From positions 14,332-78,331 of the forward strand of contig JAVCCR010000014.1 of the NCBI GenBank assembly GCA_030765485.1: 64,000 nt of DNA. The letters are read 5' to 3'. The DNA is from Candidatus Gygaella obscura (lineage in GTDB: Bacteria; Omnitrophota; Gorgyraeia; Gygaellales; Gygaellaceae). The position numbers and the translations under genes are program-made. Shown here one piece after another: positions 20,254-31,100 of this stretch (the first letter of the stretch is position 1; the number at the start of each line of letters is the position of its first letter). Below the pieces are notes generated by a model. That model did not search any database and was not told where the DNA came from. It worked only from the letters and a program-made list of their open reading frames with translations.

Positions 20254-21562
20254 AAAAAGGGTTTTTATTTTAGGAGCCGGTCTCTGCGGGTTAAGCGCAG
20301 CATGGTATCTGCAGAAACAGGGTGTTGATTGCACTGTGTTAGAAAAGAATTCTAGCGCTGGTGGTTTATGCCGTTCAAAGATAATCAAAGATTTTACCTT
20401 TGATATAGACGGGCATTTGCTTCATTTTAAAAGCCGTTCAATATTTAATTTTATTAAAAGCCTGCTGGGGGATAATTTTGTTGAACATAACCGCAGTTCT
20501 TGGATTTATTTTAAAGGAAAGTATTTTCGTTATCCTTTCCAGGCAAATTTATACGGTTTTCCTCCTGATGTTGCCAGGGAATGTCTTTTGGGATTTATCA
20601 GGGCAAATTCAGATAAGGAATCTTGGATTAAGTGTAAAAACGTTTCTTTCTTGGATTGGATAAAACATACTTTTGGAGATGGCATAGCAAGATATTTTAT
20701 GATTCCTTACAATGAAAAATTCTGGAGATATCCACTTGCTAGAATGAATTGTGGTTGGCTTGATGGTTTTATTCCGGTTCCCTCTTTAAGTGAGTTAATT
20801 GACGGTACATTAGAGGAAAGTAAGGTTGATTTTGGCTATAACAAGACGTTTTGGTATCCTAAAAAAGGGGGTATTTGTCAGATTGCCGATTCTTTATCCG
20901 GCAAGATAAAAGATATTCGTTTTGATTCCAATGTCATTCATATTGATTTTAAAAACAAAGAAATTACCTATGGTAATAATCAAAGAGAGCAGTTTGATTA
21001 TCTTATATCGACTATTCCCATGCCGGAATTATCTGGCATAATAAGCAGTATTCCTAAAGGCGTTAGGAATGCGCTTAATAGACTCAGCTGGAATTCTGTT
21101 TTAAACGTTAATCTCGGGTTTAACCGCCGTTTTATGCCGGATAAGCATTGGGTGTATTTTCCCCAGAAAGATATCAGTTTTTTCAGGGTGGGTTTTTTTG
21201 ACAATATTTGCCCAAGTCTTTCTCCGAAAAATAAACAGTCTGTTTATGTAGAGATTTCTTATCCTCAGAGCGTATCTATTAATAAAAGGTCATTAATAAA
21301 AAAGGCAAAAAAAGACATGTTAAAGGTAGGGTTGATTAAAAAAGTCCATAAAGTCATTGCGGAAGATGTAAATGATATTAAATATGCTTATCCTGTTTAT
21401 GACGATAAGTACTATTTTTCACGTAATATAATTTTAGATTTTTTAGGCAAAAACGCTACTTTTTGTGTCGGGAGATACGGTTCTTGGCAATATTTTTCTA
21501 TGGAAGATAGTATAGCTGATGGGATCAAAGCAGCAAATAAACTAGCAGATATCCTCAAATAA
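20240..21562 (+). CDS. FAD-dependent oxidoreductase (amine-oxidase/UDP-galactopyranose-mutase-like fold)
   Basis: N-terminal Rossmann 'RVFILGAGLCGLSAAWYLQKQGVDCTVLEKNSSAGG'. 440 aa. Located in a glycan cluster. Confidence 0.65.
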   Translation: MPKNKKRVFILGAGLCGLSAAWYLQKQGVDCTVLEKNSSAGGLCRSKIIKDFTFDIDGHLLHFKSRSIFNFIKSLLGDNFVEHNRSSWIYFKGKYFRYPFQANLYGFPPDVARECLLGFIRANSDKESWIKCKNVSFLDWIKHTFGDGIARYFMIPYNEKFWRYPLARMNCGWLDGFIPVPSLSELIDGTLEESKVDFGYNKTFWYPKKGGICQIADSLSGKIKDIRFDSNVIHIDFKNKEITYGNNQREQFDYLISTIPMPELSGIISSIPKGVRNALNRLSWNSVLNVNLGFNRRFMPDKHWVYFPQKDISFFRVGFFDNICPSLSPKNKQSVYVEISYPQSVSINKRSLIKKAKKDMLKVGLIKKVHKVIAEDVNDIKYAYPVYDDKYYFSRNIILDFLGKNATFCVGRYGSWQYFSMEDSIADGIKAANKLADILK

Positions 21563-21575
21563 AACTATTCGTAAA

Positions 21576-22466
21576 ATGATTTCAATTGTAATTGTTAGTT
21601 TCAGCAGTAATGATATGCTTAAGCGTTGTCTAGAGTCTGTCCAGGCGCAGCGTTATAAGGATAAAGAGATTATTGTAATTTTGAATAATCCTAAGGCTAT
21701 TAATGTCGAAGAGTTTAAGATAAGATTTAAGGAGATAAATTTTATATATAACGATAAAAATGAGTATTTGGCCTCTTCTTACAACAAAGGCATACTGAGC
21801 TCAAAGGCAGAGTATGTATTATGTATGAACGATGATGTTATTTTAGAAAATAATTATTGTAGCGTTGCTGTAGACAGGATTGCCCGTAATGACAGAATCG
21901 GTATGTTTATCGGTAAAATAATGAGGTTTGATCATAAAACAATTGATACTACAGGTTTGTTTCTTTCCGGGGCAAGAACCCCCCTAGAGAGGGGTTTTGG
22001 AAAAAAAGACAACGGACAATATGGTAGAGCTGGTGTAATTTTTGGAGTAAGCGGCTGCTGCGGTATGTATAAAAGGTCTATGCTTGAAAATATTAAGGAT
22101 GAATTTGGTTATTTTGATAAAAGGTTTAAGATGTTCTATGAAGATCTAGATTTGTGTTGGAGGGCCAATAACAATGGGTATAAGGCCTATTATGACCCAT
22201 GTGCAGTTGCATACCATAAAAGATCATTAAGCGCAAGCCAGCGCATGCCTAGGTTAAGGTTTCTTCAGAAGTATTATTTTACGCATTTAACTAACCAATT
22301 GCAGGCTCAATTGATAAAAAATAGGGTTTTTACTATATTAAAAAATGACAGTATCTTGGCTTTTATAAAGAATTTCTTGTTTATATTTTATTACGACCTG
22401 AAACTATGTTTATACATATGTTTATTAAACCCAAAGCTATTTATTTTTATCATCTTTAAAACATAG
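21576..22466 (+). CDS. Family-2 glycosyltransferase
   Basis: 'ISIVIVSFSS...LESV' N-terminus, DxD region 'CMNDDVIL', 'YEDLDLCWRA'. Hydrophobic C-terminal tail. Confidence 0.8.
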   Translation: MISIVIVSFSSNDMLKRCLESVQAQRYKDKEIIVILNNPKAINVEEFKIRFKEINFIYNDKNEYLASSYNKGILSSKAEYVLCMNDDVILENNYCSVAVDRIARNDRIGMFIGKIMRFDHKTIDTTGLFLSGARTPLERGFGKKDNGQYGRAGVIFGVSGCCGMYKRSMLENIKDEFGYFDKRFKMFYEDLDLCWRANNNGYKAYYDPCAVAYHKRSLSASQRMPRLRFLQKYYFTHLTNQLQAQLIKNRVFTILKNDSILAFIKNFLFIFYYDLKLCLYICLLNPKLFIFIIFKT

Positions 22467-22528
22467 TAGAAATTATATAACCCCTTTATTACAAAGATTA
22501 TACATTTCAGAATAAGAAAATTAATCTC

Positions 22529-22557
22529 TTTATATTGGTGGTTGATTTTGTTATAAT
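22529..22557 (+). promoter_or_regulatory. Extended -10 promoter upstream of wzm (TTTATA-17-TGtTATAAT)
   Basis: Perfect TATAAT at 22552-22557 with TG at 22549-22550 and a weak -35 at 22529-22534, about 55 nt before the wzm ATG. Confidence 0.35.
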
Positions 22558-22610
22558 TAAACAATATAAATCCTACACATATTGTTAATTTTAAAGATAA
22601 TCAGCTGTAG

Positions 22611-23432
22611 ATGAAAAAAATATTCACTTCTTTGGATAACATATTAAAATACCGCAGTCTAATTTGGCAGCTTACCCTTAATGATCTAAAGATAAGATAT
22701 AGAAATCCTGTTCTTGGATTCTTATGGTCGATTATCATGCCCCTTGTGATGAGTTTGATTTTCAAATTTGTTTTTTCCAACCTTTTACGAAGTCAGATTT
22801 CAGATTACCCATTTTATATATATCTAATTGTTGCTATATTCCCCTGGAGTTACTTTTCTAGTAGTGTTTTTTCTTCCGTGGAGTCAATCGTAAACAATAG
22901 AGAGTTGATTAAAAAGAGTTATTTCCCCAGGGAGATAATCCCTTTTTCGATAGTTTTGGCAAATCTTATTAATTTTATTCCTGTTATATTGATAATGTTG
23001 TTAATTATAATGTTTTATGGTTTGAATTTCAGTCTTTTAGTTTTTTTGTTGCCTTTTGTTGTTTTGCTTGAAACAGTTTTGTTATTAGGGGTATCTCTAC
23101 TTGTTTCCAGCCTGCAGGTTTTTTTAAGAGATATAAAATATATTGTTCAGCTTGTTTTGACTGCATGGCTTTATTTTAGTCCGGCATTTTACTCGCTGGA
23201 TTTAGTGGTTGATATATCAGATTGGCTTTTGAGAGTATATATCCTTAATCCTTTTACGGGGATTTTTACTTTATATAGAATTGTACTTTTAGAAGGGTTT
23301 ATGGATAAGCTACCAACAGAATTGAATCTATTGATGCTTATAATCTGGACAATATTTGTTAGTTTTGCAATTTTCTTTATTGGTTTTTACGTTTTTAGGA
23401 AAAATGAGTCGAAATTCGTGGATCTACTATAA
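22611..23432 (+). CDS. wzm: ABC-2 type polysaccharide export permease (Wzm/TagG-like)
   Basis: 273 aa, 6 TM segments, ABC2_membrane pattern. Immediately followed by the ATPase gene. Confidence 0.8.
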   Translation: MKKIFTSLDNILKYRSLIWQLTLNDLKIRYRNPVLGFLWSIIMPLVMSLIFKFVFSNLLRSQISDYPFYIYLIVAIFPWSYFSSSVFSSVESIVNNRELIKKSYFPREIIPFSIVLANLINFIPVILIMLLIIMFYGLNFSLLVFLLPFVVLLETVLLLGVSLLVSSLQVFLRDIKYIVQLVLTAWLYFSPAFYSLDLVVDISDWLLRVYILNPFTGIFTLYRIVLLEGFMDKLPTELNLLMLIIWTIFVSFAIFFIGFYVFRKNESKFVDLL

Positions 23433-25157
23433 ATGAGTAAAGTATTCTTAGAAAATTTGGGTAAAAGCTTTATTTGTACTGATCATGTTATAAGACATAG
23501 TGGTTTGTTTCATAATTTGGTTAACCGTAAAGTGAATTCTCAATTCTGGGCATTACGTTATATTGATTTAAAGCTTGATCAAGGTCAAGTCTTGGGAGTC
23601 ATCGGCAGAAACGGTTCAGGTAAAACAACGCTTCTTAATATAATTGCCGGCATTATTCCCCATAGTGAAGGAAAGCTTGAAATCAACGGAAAGGTTTCCA
23701 GTCTTATATCTTTAGGCGCTGGTTTCCAGGATGAACTTACCGGAAGGGAGAATATCTATCTTAATGCATCGATATATGGTATGAGCAAAAAGGAGATAGA
23801 TAAAAAGATAGACCAAATTATAGAATTCTCCGAATTGGAAGGTTTTTTGGATTCCCCTCTTTATACATACTCTCAAGGCATGCGAATTAGATTGGGTTTT
23901 AGTATTGCCATATATGTTGATTTTAATATTTTATTGCTTGATGAGATAATTGCAGTAGGTGATATTGCATTCCAGAAAAAATGTTTTGCAAGTATTGATA
24001 ATTTCAAGAATCAAGGCAAGGCAATGATTATTACGACTCAAAATATGGATATTATTAACAGGCTTTGTGATAGAGCTATTTTATTAGAAAGCGGTAATAT
24101 ACTTGAAAAAGGAAATCCTGCTAAGGTGATTGCTCGCTATCTGGAGGTTTTGAATGAAAAGAAGCTTTCGCAGACATTTTCAAGGTATAACAATCCTTTA
24201 AAATGGTGGGCGGATAAACAGTCATGGGGTAAATTCGAAGGTAGCAAAGAAGCAAAGATAACAAGTATTGAGATTTGTAATTCAAAGGGAAAACTTACTA
24301 ACCGGCTTTATCCTTGCGAGAAGGTGAGGATAAAAATAAATTTTGACGTTGCAAAAGATATAGAATCCCCTCATTTCGGAGTTGCGATATTTAGAGAAGA
24401 TGGACTCTATTGTTATGGCCCTAATACACGTTTTGATGGGCACGAGATTGATAGAATCCATAAAGGCAAGGGCTTTTTTCTTATAGAATACAGGTCATTA
24501 TCATTAATGCCTGGCAAATATAGAATATCAGTTGCCATTTGGGATAAGGATGAAGTATGGGCATATGATTACCATGTGGCTTCGTATAGATTTGAGATTT
24601 TAGGAAAAAACGAATACAACCAGCTTGCGGATTTTGCCTACAGCCTTTCATTATTATCCTGGAAAGAGAAGTTTTTCAAAAAGCCAACAGTGGATTTAAG
24701 TTTATTATTTAACAGAGAGATATCTAACAATAAGGATGATAGTTGTAATGGTATAAAATTCTGTGACTTGACACTGTCTGATTCGTCAGGAAATGTAAAG
24801 GATGAGTTTTGTACAAATAGTAATCTGAGTCTTGAACTGAAGTTTGATTTCGGTAAGCTTAAACCTAGATTTAATCTTTGGGCAGGTATTTTTCGCGAAG
24901 ATGATGTTTATTTTCATGGTGTATTTAGTCCTCTTACAAAGAATAAGGTTGTAATTCTTTATCCTAAGCTGAGCTTGCTATCCGGCAGGTATTATATCTC
25001 TGTGGCAGTGTATGATTCTAAGGGCAGCAAAGTGTTATTTTTTATGAAAAAAGCAGTTTGTTTTAGTGTTAAATTTCCTAGAGAAGATCATGGGGCAATA
25101 TATCTGGATCATTCTTGGAGTTGGTTGCTACCTGTAAGTCAAAACAATGAAGAATAG
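23433..25157 (+). CDS. wzt: ABC transporter ATP-binding protein (Wzt/TagH-like) with two tandem C-terminal glycan-binding-like beta-sandwich domains
   Basis: Walker A 'GRNGSGKTTL', signature 'YSQGMRIRL', Walker B 'LLLDE'. The C-terminal ~300 aa contain two similar modules ('...HFGVAIFREDGLYCYG...GKYRISVAIWD' and '...NLWAGIFREDDVYFHG...GRYYISVAVYD'). Confidence 0.85.
   Translation: MSKVFLENLGKSFICTDHVIRHSGLFHNLVNRKVNSQFWALRYIDLKLDQGQVLGVIGRNGSGKTTLLNIIAGIIPHSEGKLEINGKVSSLISLGAGFQDELTGRENIYLNASIYGMSKKEIDKKIDQIIEFSELEGFLDSPLYTYSQGMRIRLGFSIAIYVDFNILLLDEIIAVGDIAFQKKCFASIDNFKNQGKAMIITTQNMDIINRLCDRAILLESGNILEKGNPAKVIARYLEVLNEKKLSQTFSRYNNPLKWWADKQSWGKFEGSKEAKITSIEICNSKGKLTNRLYPCEKVRIKINFDVAKDIESPHFGVAIFREDGLYCYGPNTRFDGHEIDRIHKGKGFFLIEYRSLSLMPGKYRISVAIWDKDEVWAYDYHVASYRFEILGKNEYNQLADFAYSLSLLSWKEKFFKKPTVDLSLLFNREISNNKDDSCNGIKFCDLTLSDSSGNVKDEFCTNSNLSLELKFDFGKLKPRFNLWAGIFREDDVYFHGVFSPLTKNKVVILYPKLSLLSGRYYISVAVYDSKGSKVLFFMKKAVCFSVKFPREDHGAIYLDHSWSWLLPVSQNNEE
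24240..25112 (+). other. Tandem duplicated Wzt C-terminal carbohydrate-binding-like domains (within wzt)
   Basis: Two ~130-aa segments share a conserved 'IFRED.(L/V)Y..G' ... 'G(K/R)Y.ISVA(I/V).D' core. Confidence 0.45.
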
Positions 25158-28100
25158 ATTTCCTAAAGTAAGTATAATTACGGTAAATTTTAACGGGAAG
25201 AAGTTTCTTAAAAACCTGTTAGATGGATTATTTTTTTTGAATTACCCTAAAGACAAGACAGAAATAATCTTTATAGATAATGGTTCTAGCGACGGCTCTG
25301 TAGCCTTTGTAAAGAATAAGTATCCTAAGGTTAAAATAATAAGAAATAAGCTTAATAATTACTGCGTAGGGATAAATTTGGGAATTAAAGCTTCCAAGGC
25401 AGAATTTGTAGCGTTACTGAATAATGATACTAAGGTTGATAAGGATTGGCTTGTTGAGCTTGTGAGTTGTATTCGCACAGGCAAAAATATTGCTGCTGTG
25501 GGAAGTAAGGTATTAAAATATGATGGGCTAATTCAAACTGCCGGTCATTATGAATTGCCGAATTACTACTGGGGAGAGCGACATTCTGGTAAAAAGAGCG
25601 CATCGCTGTCAAAGCGAGAGCAAGTTGATAGTCTCTGCGGTGCCTCCGTGATTTATAACCGGGCTTTAATTTTTAAATTAGGTCTATTTGATGAAGATTT
25701 TATTATGTATGGTGAAGACGTTGATATAAGTTATCGGTTAAGAAGTGCCGGTTACAGATTGTTGGTTGAACCTAAAAGCATTGTTTATCATACGTTTCAT
25801 GGTACGGCTTCAGTTGAGTTAAGTAATTTTTATATTGAAAGAAACCGTTTATTGTTTATAGCAAAACATATGCCTGATAGACTACCAGGAGCTTTATTAG
25901 GGAATGGTTATTTTGTTACTACAAAAAACCAGCATAACAAATCAGGGATATATGAAGTTTTATCTATTGTACTTCGTAAGCTTATAGATAATAGCTCTTT
26001 AGAAAAGGTAAATTATTTAATGCCGCAGATATTCGCAGAGTTAAGAAAGATTATTGCTTACGAAAACGATTATTTATCAAATGAGATCAATAAACTAAGA
26101 GACAATCTAGATAAAACCTATAAGACTTATAAGAAAATCGATAAAGAGCTTTTTGATAAAAAGGATGAATTAGCCAGAAAAGATGAGCAGAAACAAAAAC
26201 TCGATAGGCAAATTAAGGAAATAAGAATAAATGATCTGGCAAATCTCAAGAGGATTAATAACCAGCAGAATCTTTTATTAAAGCAGCAACAGAAAGAGAT
26301 TGTTTCAGTCAAAAAAGATGTTAGCAAATTATCAGATTCGGTAAATGATAGAGAAAAGCAAATTATCAAAAGGGATTCAGAGTATTCAAAGCTAAAAGAA
26401 AGTATTGAGAGTTTAAGAGATTCGATTCGATCGAAGGATTCTCAATCAAATCAGCATTTATTTAGTATAAAACGGCTTGGTGAGGAACAGCAGACTTTAA
26501 ATTCACAGCTTGAGAAGAAAAAGAGCGAAATTGTCGCCAAAGACTATGAAATTTCTAAGTTAAAAGAAAATCTTGCTCACTCTAGAGACATTTTGGATTT
26601 AAAAGAGGCTGATTTGAAAGAAAAATCTAATTACATTGATCAATTCAGCGATAGCCTGCGTAATGTAAATACCCAGTTAGAGATAAGGATTGAAGAGCTT
26701 TCTAAGCAGTTTGCTTTTATTCAAGAGGAATATGATAAAAAGTTAAAAGAATTACATGACAGCAATATTAATACCGAAAAGCTTAAGGCTGAGATAGCTG
26801 GTTTAGATAGCGGTCTTAAAGATAAGAGAAATCAACTTATAGATAAAGATAAAGAGCTAAAAGCTTCCATAGAACAAATTGTTTGTTTAAGGAATGAAAT
26901 TGATTGTATCTATTCATCAAAAGGTTATAGGTTTATTTTATCACCCATATGGAAAACGATATTCTTGTTTAAGAAGTTTTTCTCTAGCCTAAGACAATTA
27001 TTGTTGAAGGTTAAGCAAATTTTAACTTCTCTGGTGCTTAAGCCGGTTGCATTGATTAAAAAGATAGCAAGGATAATCCTTTTAGTGTTTAATAGGACTT
27101 TTTTAGCAAAATTATTTTGGTTTGGAGTGAGTGCTGTTTGTTCGTTTTTTGTTTTGTTACTTTTTTTGGGATTATCGGCAGAATATTTACTATGGAATTT
27201 ATTAAGGCCAGTATTGTCTAGAATTAAGCCCAAAAGAAACCCGATTAAAGTTAATGATTCAGTTAAGATAAGCCTGGTAATGCCTAATTACAATGGAATT
27301 GACATTTTAAAAGAGGCGCTACCTACAATATTCAGTATTGAAAGATTCGCCAATGGCAATGATGAGGTATTAATCGTAGATGATGCCAGTAAAGACGGCA
27401 GTGTTAAATTTATAAAAGAAAATTATCCAAAAATAAAGCTTATTAGGAATTATCGTAATAAGGGTTTTGGTTATACTTCTAATAGGGCGGTTAAATCAGC
27501 GAAGCATGAAGTTGTTGTGCTTATCAATAATGATATTAAACTTACTAAAGATTTTTTAAAGCATCTAGTGGATAGCCTTAAAGATAAAAATGTTTTTTCC
27601 GTTACACCTAAACTTTACGGATGGGACGAAAAGACATTTGCCTGGGGCATGCATATGGGGCATTTTGAGAATGGTTATATAAGGCTTTGGAATGAATGTG
27701 AAACTGGAAACGGGGATCGCATCAATAGGCCTTCACCGTCACTATTTGCCATAGGCGGGGCAATGGTTTTTAGAAAGTCTGATTTTATCTGGCTGAAGGG
27801 TTTTGATAGTATCTATAAGCCTAATTGTTGGGAGGATATTGATATTTCCTATCGGGCATGGAAACGAGGATTAAAGGTAATCTATGAACCAAGAAGCTTA
27901 TTGTTCCATAAGGCAAGGGCTACTTTGACATATGAAAGGCCAAAGGAAATTAAAAACGAGCTTTTATTTACCTGGAAGAACATAACAGATAAGAATATTC
28001 TTTTAAATCATATCAATCTGCTTCCTGATAATTTCTATCGTTATAGAATGAGTTTTTTAAAAGGATTCTTATGGGCATTGTTGTTTTTGCCAAGGGCGCT

Positions 28101-31100
28101 TCTACATAGATTGATGGAGAGGCCGTTTATAAAGCAAGATGATAGTTTGATTATCAATCATTGCATGAATTATTACAGGAATTTTAGATTGAGAGGTTTT
28201 AAGCATCTTTTACCGCAGGAGAAAAAGACGATTCTAATGGTTACTTCTTTTTTGCCTTTTCCTCTGAATATTGGCGGGCGAATTAGAATATATAATTTGG
28301 CTAAGCAATTAAGCAAGAAATACAACGTTATGCTTCTATCATTAATAGATAAGGAGGAAGAGCTTAATTGTGTGCCAGAGCTAAAAAAGGTTTTTAAGGA
28401 AGTTTTTACTGTTTTTCCAAAAAGCCCTTTAAACTTGAAATTATTCCCAGAACGATATAAATTCTCTTATAGCCAAATTCTTATTGAGAAGTTGATAGAA
28501 TTGAATAATGAATATGCTATAGATTTTATCCAAATAGAATCAAATGAGCTACTTTATCTCCAGCCTTACATTGACTACACGCCAGTTGTGTATACGGAAC
28601 ACGATTGCAGTTCTTTATTTTATAAAAATTCATATTATAAACGTAATGGTTTTCTAGCGGATTTCTTTGATTACCTAAAAAGGGTAAGATTCCATATTCT
28701 GGCTTTATCTAAATTAAAACATATCATTGTGCTTTCAAAAGAGGATCGCAGTATTCTGCGTAGCTTCTTACCAGAAAAAAAGTTTTCTTTGATTCCTACA
28801 GGTGTTGATCTCGAGCATTTTAAATTCAGTGAAACTATCAAAAGCCGAGGCAATAGGCTTATTTATGTTGGTCATTACCCCCATTATCCTAATGAAGATG
28901 CGGTTGTTCATTTTGTTAAAAAGATATTTCCATTAATAAGAAAACATGTTCCTGATATTGAATTTCATATCGTTGGTTCTGGAGTAACAGATGCAGTAAG
29001 CAATCTTGCACATTCTAAGGGGGTAAAGGTTATTGGTGAAGTTGAAGATGTTTATGATTATCTTAGGTTTGCAGATATATTCGTTAATCCCATTAGGATT
29101 AGTTCTGGAATAAAAGGCAAAGTTCTAGAGGCAATGGCAGTAGGGTTGCCGGTTGTTTCTACTAAGATTGGTTCATCGGGCATAACTGCTTTAGGCGGCA
29201 AAGAAATAATTTTAGTTAATTCAAATATTAATTTTGCTAGGCAGGTAGTGCGTTTGGTTAAAAACAGTGAGCTTAGGCTAAAGATAGCAAAAGATGCTCG
29301 TTTATTTGTAGAGCACAACTATGACTGGCAAAGAGTTTATACAATGCTGGATTCTTTTTTTGAAGATATCTATACTTTGTCTCTTCCTGAGGAAAGAGCG
29401 AATATGGATTTGGCAAATTTAGTCAATACGCTTAATGAGAACCTGCAGGATTCTATTGATCAGGGTGATATAAGTTATGATTTTCAGAATGGACCAAAGG
29501 AACTTCATATAGAACTTGATTATCATTGTAATAGTCGTTGTATTATGTGTGATTTATGGGATTATTCTAAAAGGAATAATTCTAAAGAAGTTTTGACTAA
29601 GAACGATATAAAGAAATTGCTTGATACTTCAAATAAGCTTGAGCATATCGATACAGTTGTTTTATCAGGCGGAGAACCTTTTTTAAAAAATGATTTATTC
29701 GATATATGCAGAATTTTATTGCAAAAGTATCCGCACCTATCTTTAGGAATACTTACCAATGGTATAGATACTCAGCGGATAATAGATATATCTGTTCGTG
29801 TAAAGAATGAACTCAGGCCAGCTAATTTCTGGCTCGGCACTTCTTTAGATGGAGTAGGTCAAGTCCATGATTATGTACGAGGCAGAAAAGGAGCGTATGA
29901 TGCTGTTATTGCCACAATAGCGCAGTGCCGTAAAAACAATATAGAAATTACAGCTACTTTTACTATTACAGCCGAAAATTTTGATTGTCTTTTGCCGGCA
30001 AAGAAAGTTGCTGATTCTTGTGGTATAGATTTCTATATCCAGTTTGTTGTTCCGAAACAGGAACGCAGTACCAGCGTATTTAAATTTAGCAATAAGGCGC
30101 TTTCTCGGATAGAAAAAGATTTATTTGAGTTGATCAGGCAAGAATTGGAAAAGACAGGTTTTAAAGATCAAGCATCTGCTAGTGAAATTGAAAAAAATCC
30201 AGGGCTTTTAGCAAAGATATATTATCTTTCTCATTTGAAGAAATATCAAACTGACCCCAAAAGATATTTTAGAAAGTGTGTTGCTGGATCAAGGTTTGCT
30301 ATGATTGATCCGTTGGGCAGGCTTTATTTTTGCCCAGGATTAAAAAATGCAGCTATAGGTAATATTAAGAAAGAGAAGTTCGATGATTTATGGATGTCTG
30401 ATAAGGCTAACAATACCAGAAAGTTTATATATAAACAACTATGTAATTGTTGGTTGGTTTGTATTGTTTTTCCGGTAATTGATAAATTTCTATTTGAGAA
30501 AGAAGAGGATGTTAAGATTGCCAATAGTAAAAACAGCTCTATCCTTAAAGTTGAAGATAAGAGAATTTCTTTTTGTAATGAGCATAAAAGTCTTCAGGAA
30601 TACAATAGGAGAGTTAATAAAGATGAGTTTGATAAGGGAGAGATTATCCTAAAGTCTACACCTCGAGGTATTGGTTTGGGGGTTCATTGGAAATGCAATG
30701 CGAATTGTGTTTTTTGTCTTGGGGGGCATCCTAAATTGTTTAATATGGATACTTACAGGAAATTCTTTGAGGAAAAACTTTTTGATATCCTGCCTCGCGC
30801 TGATTATTTGAATCTCTGCGGATTTGGAGAATTGTTATTGATGCCACAATGCAATGAGTTATTAACATATTTGAATAATTCTTTACCTCACATAAATAAA
30901 ATCATCACTACTAATGGTTCTACCATTACTGATGAAGTTATTGGTTATTTGACTTCCGGTAGGTATAGTCTGCAGGTTTCTATGCATGCCTCTAATCAGA
31001 AGCTGCATAATATGATTACAAACTTAAATAATTTCGATTTTATTGTTGGTCAGATAAAGAAGATGTTAAGACAACGAAAGGATAAATCTTCGCCTTCTGT

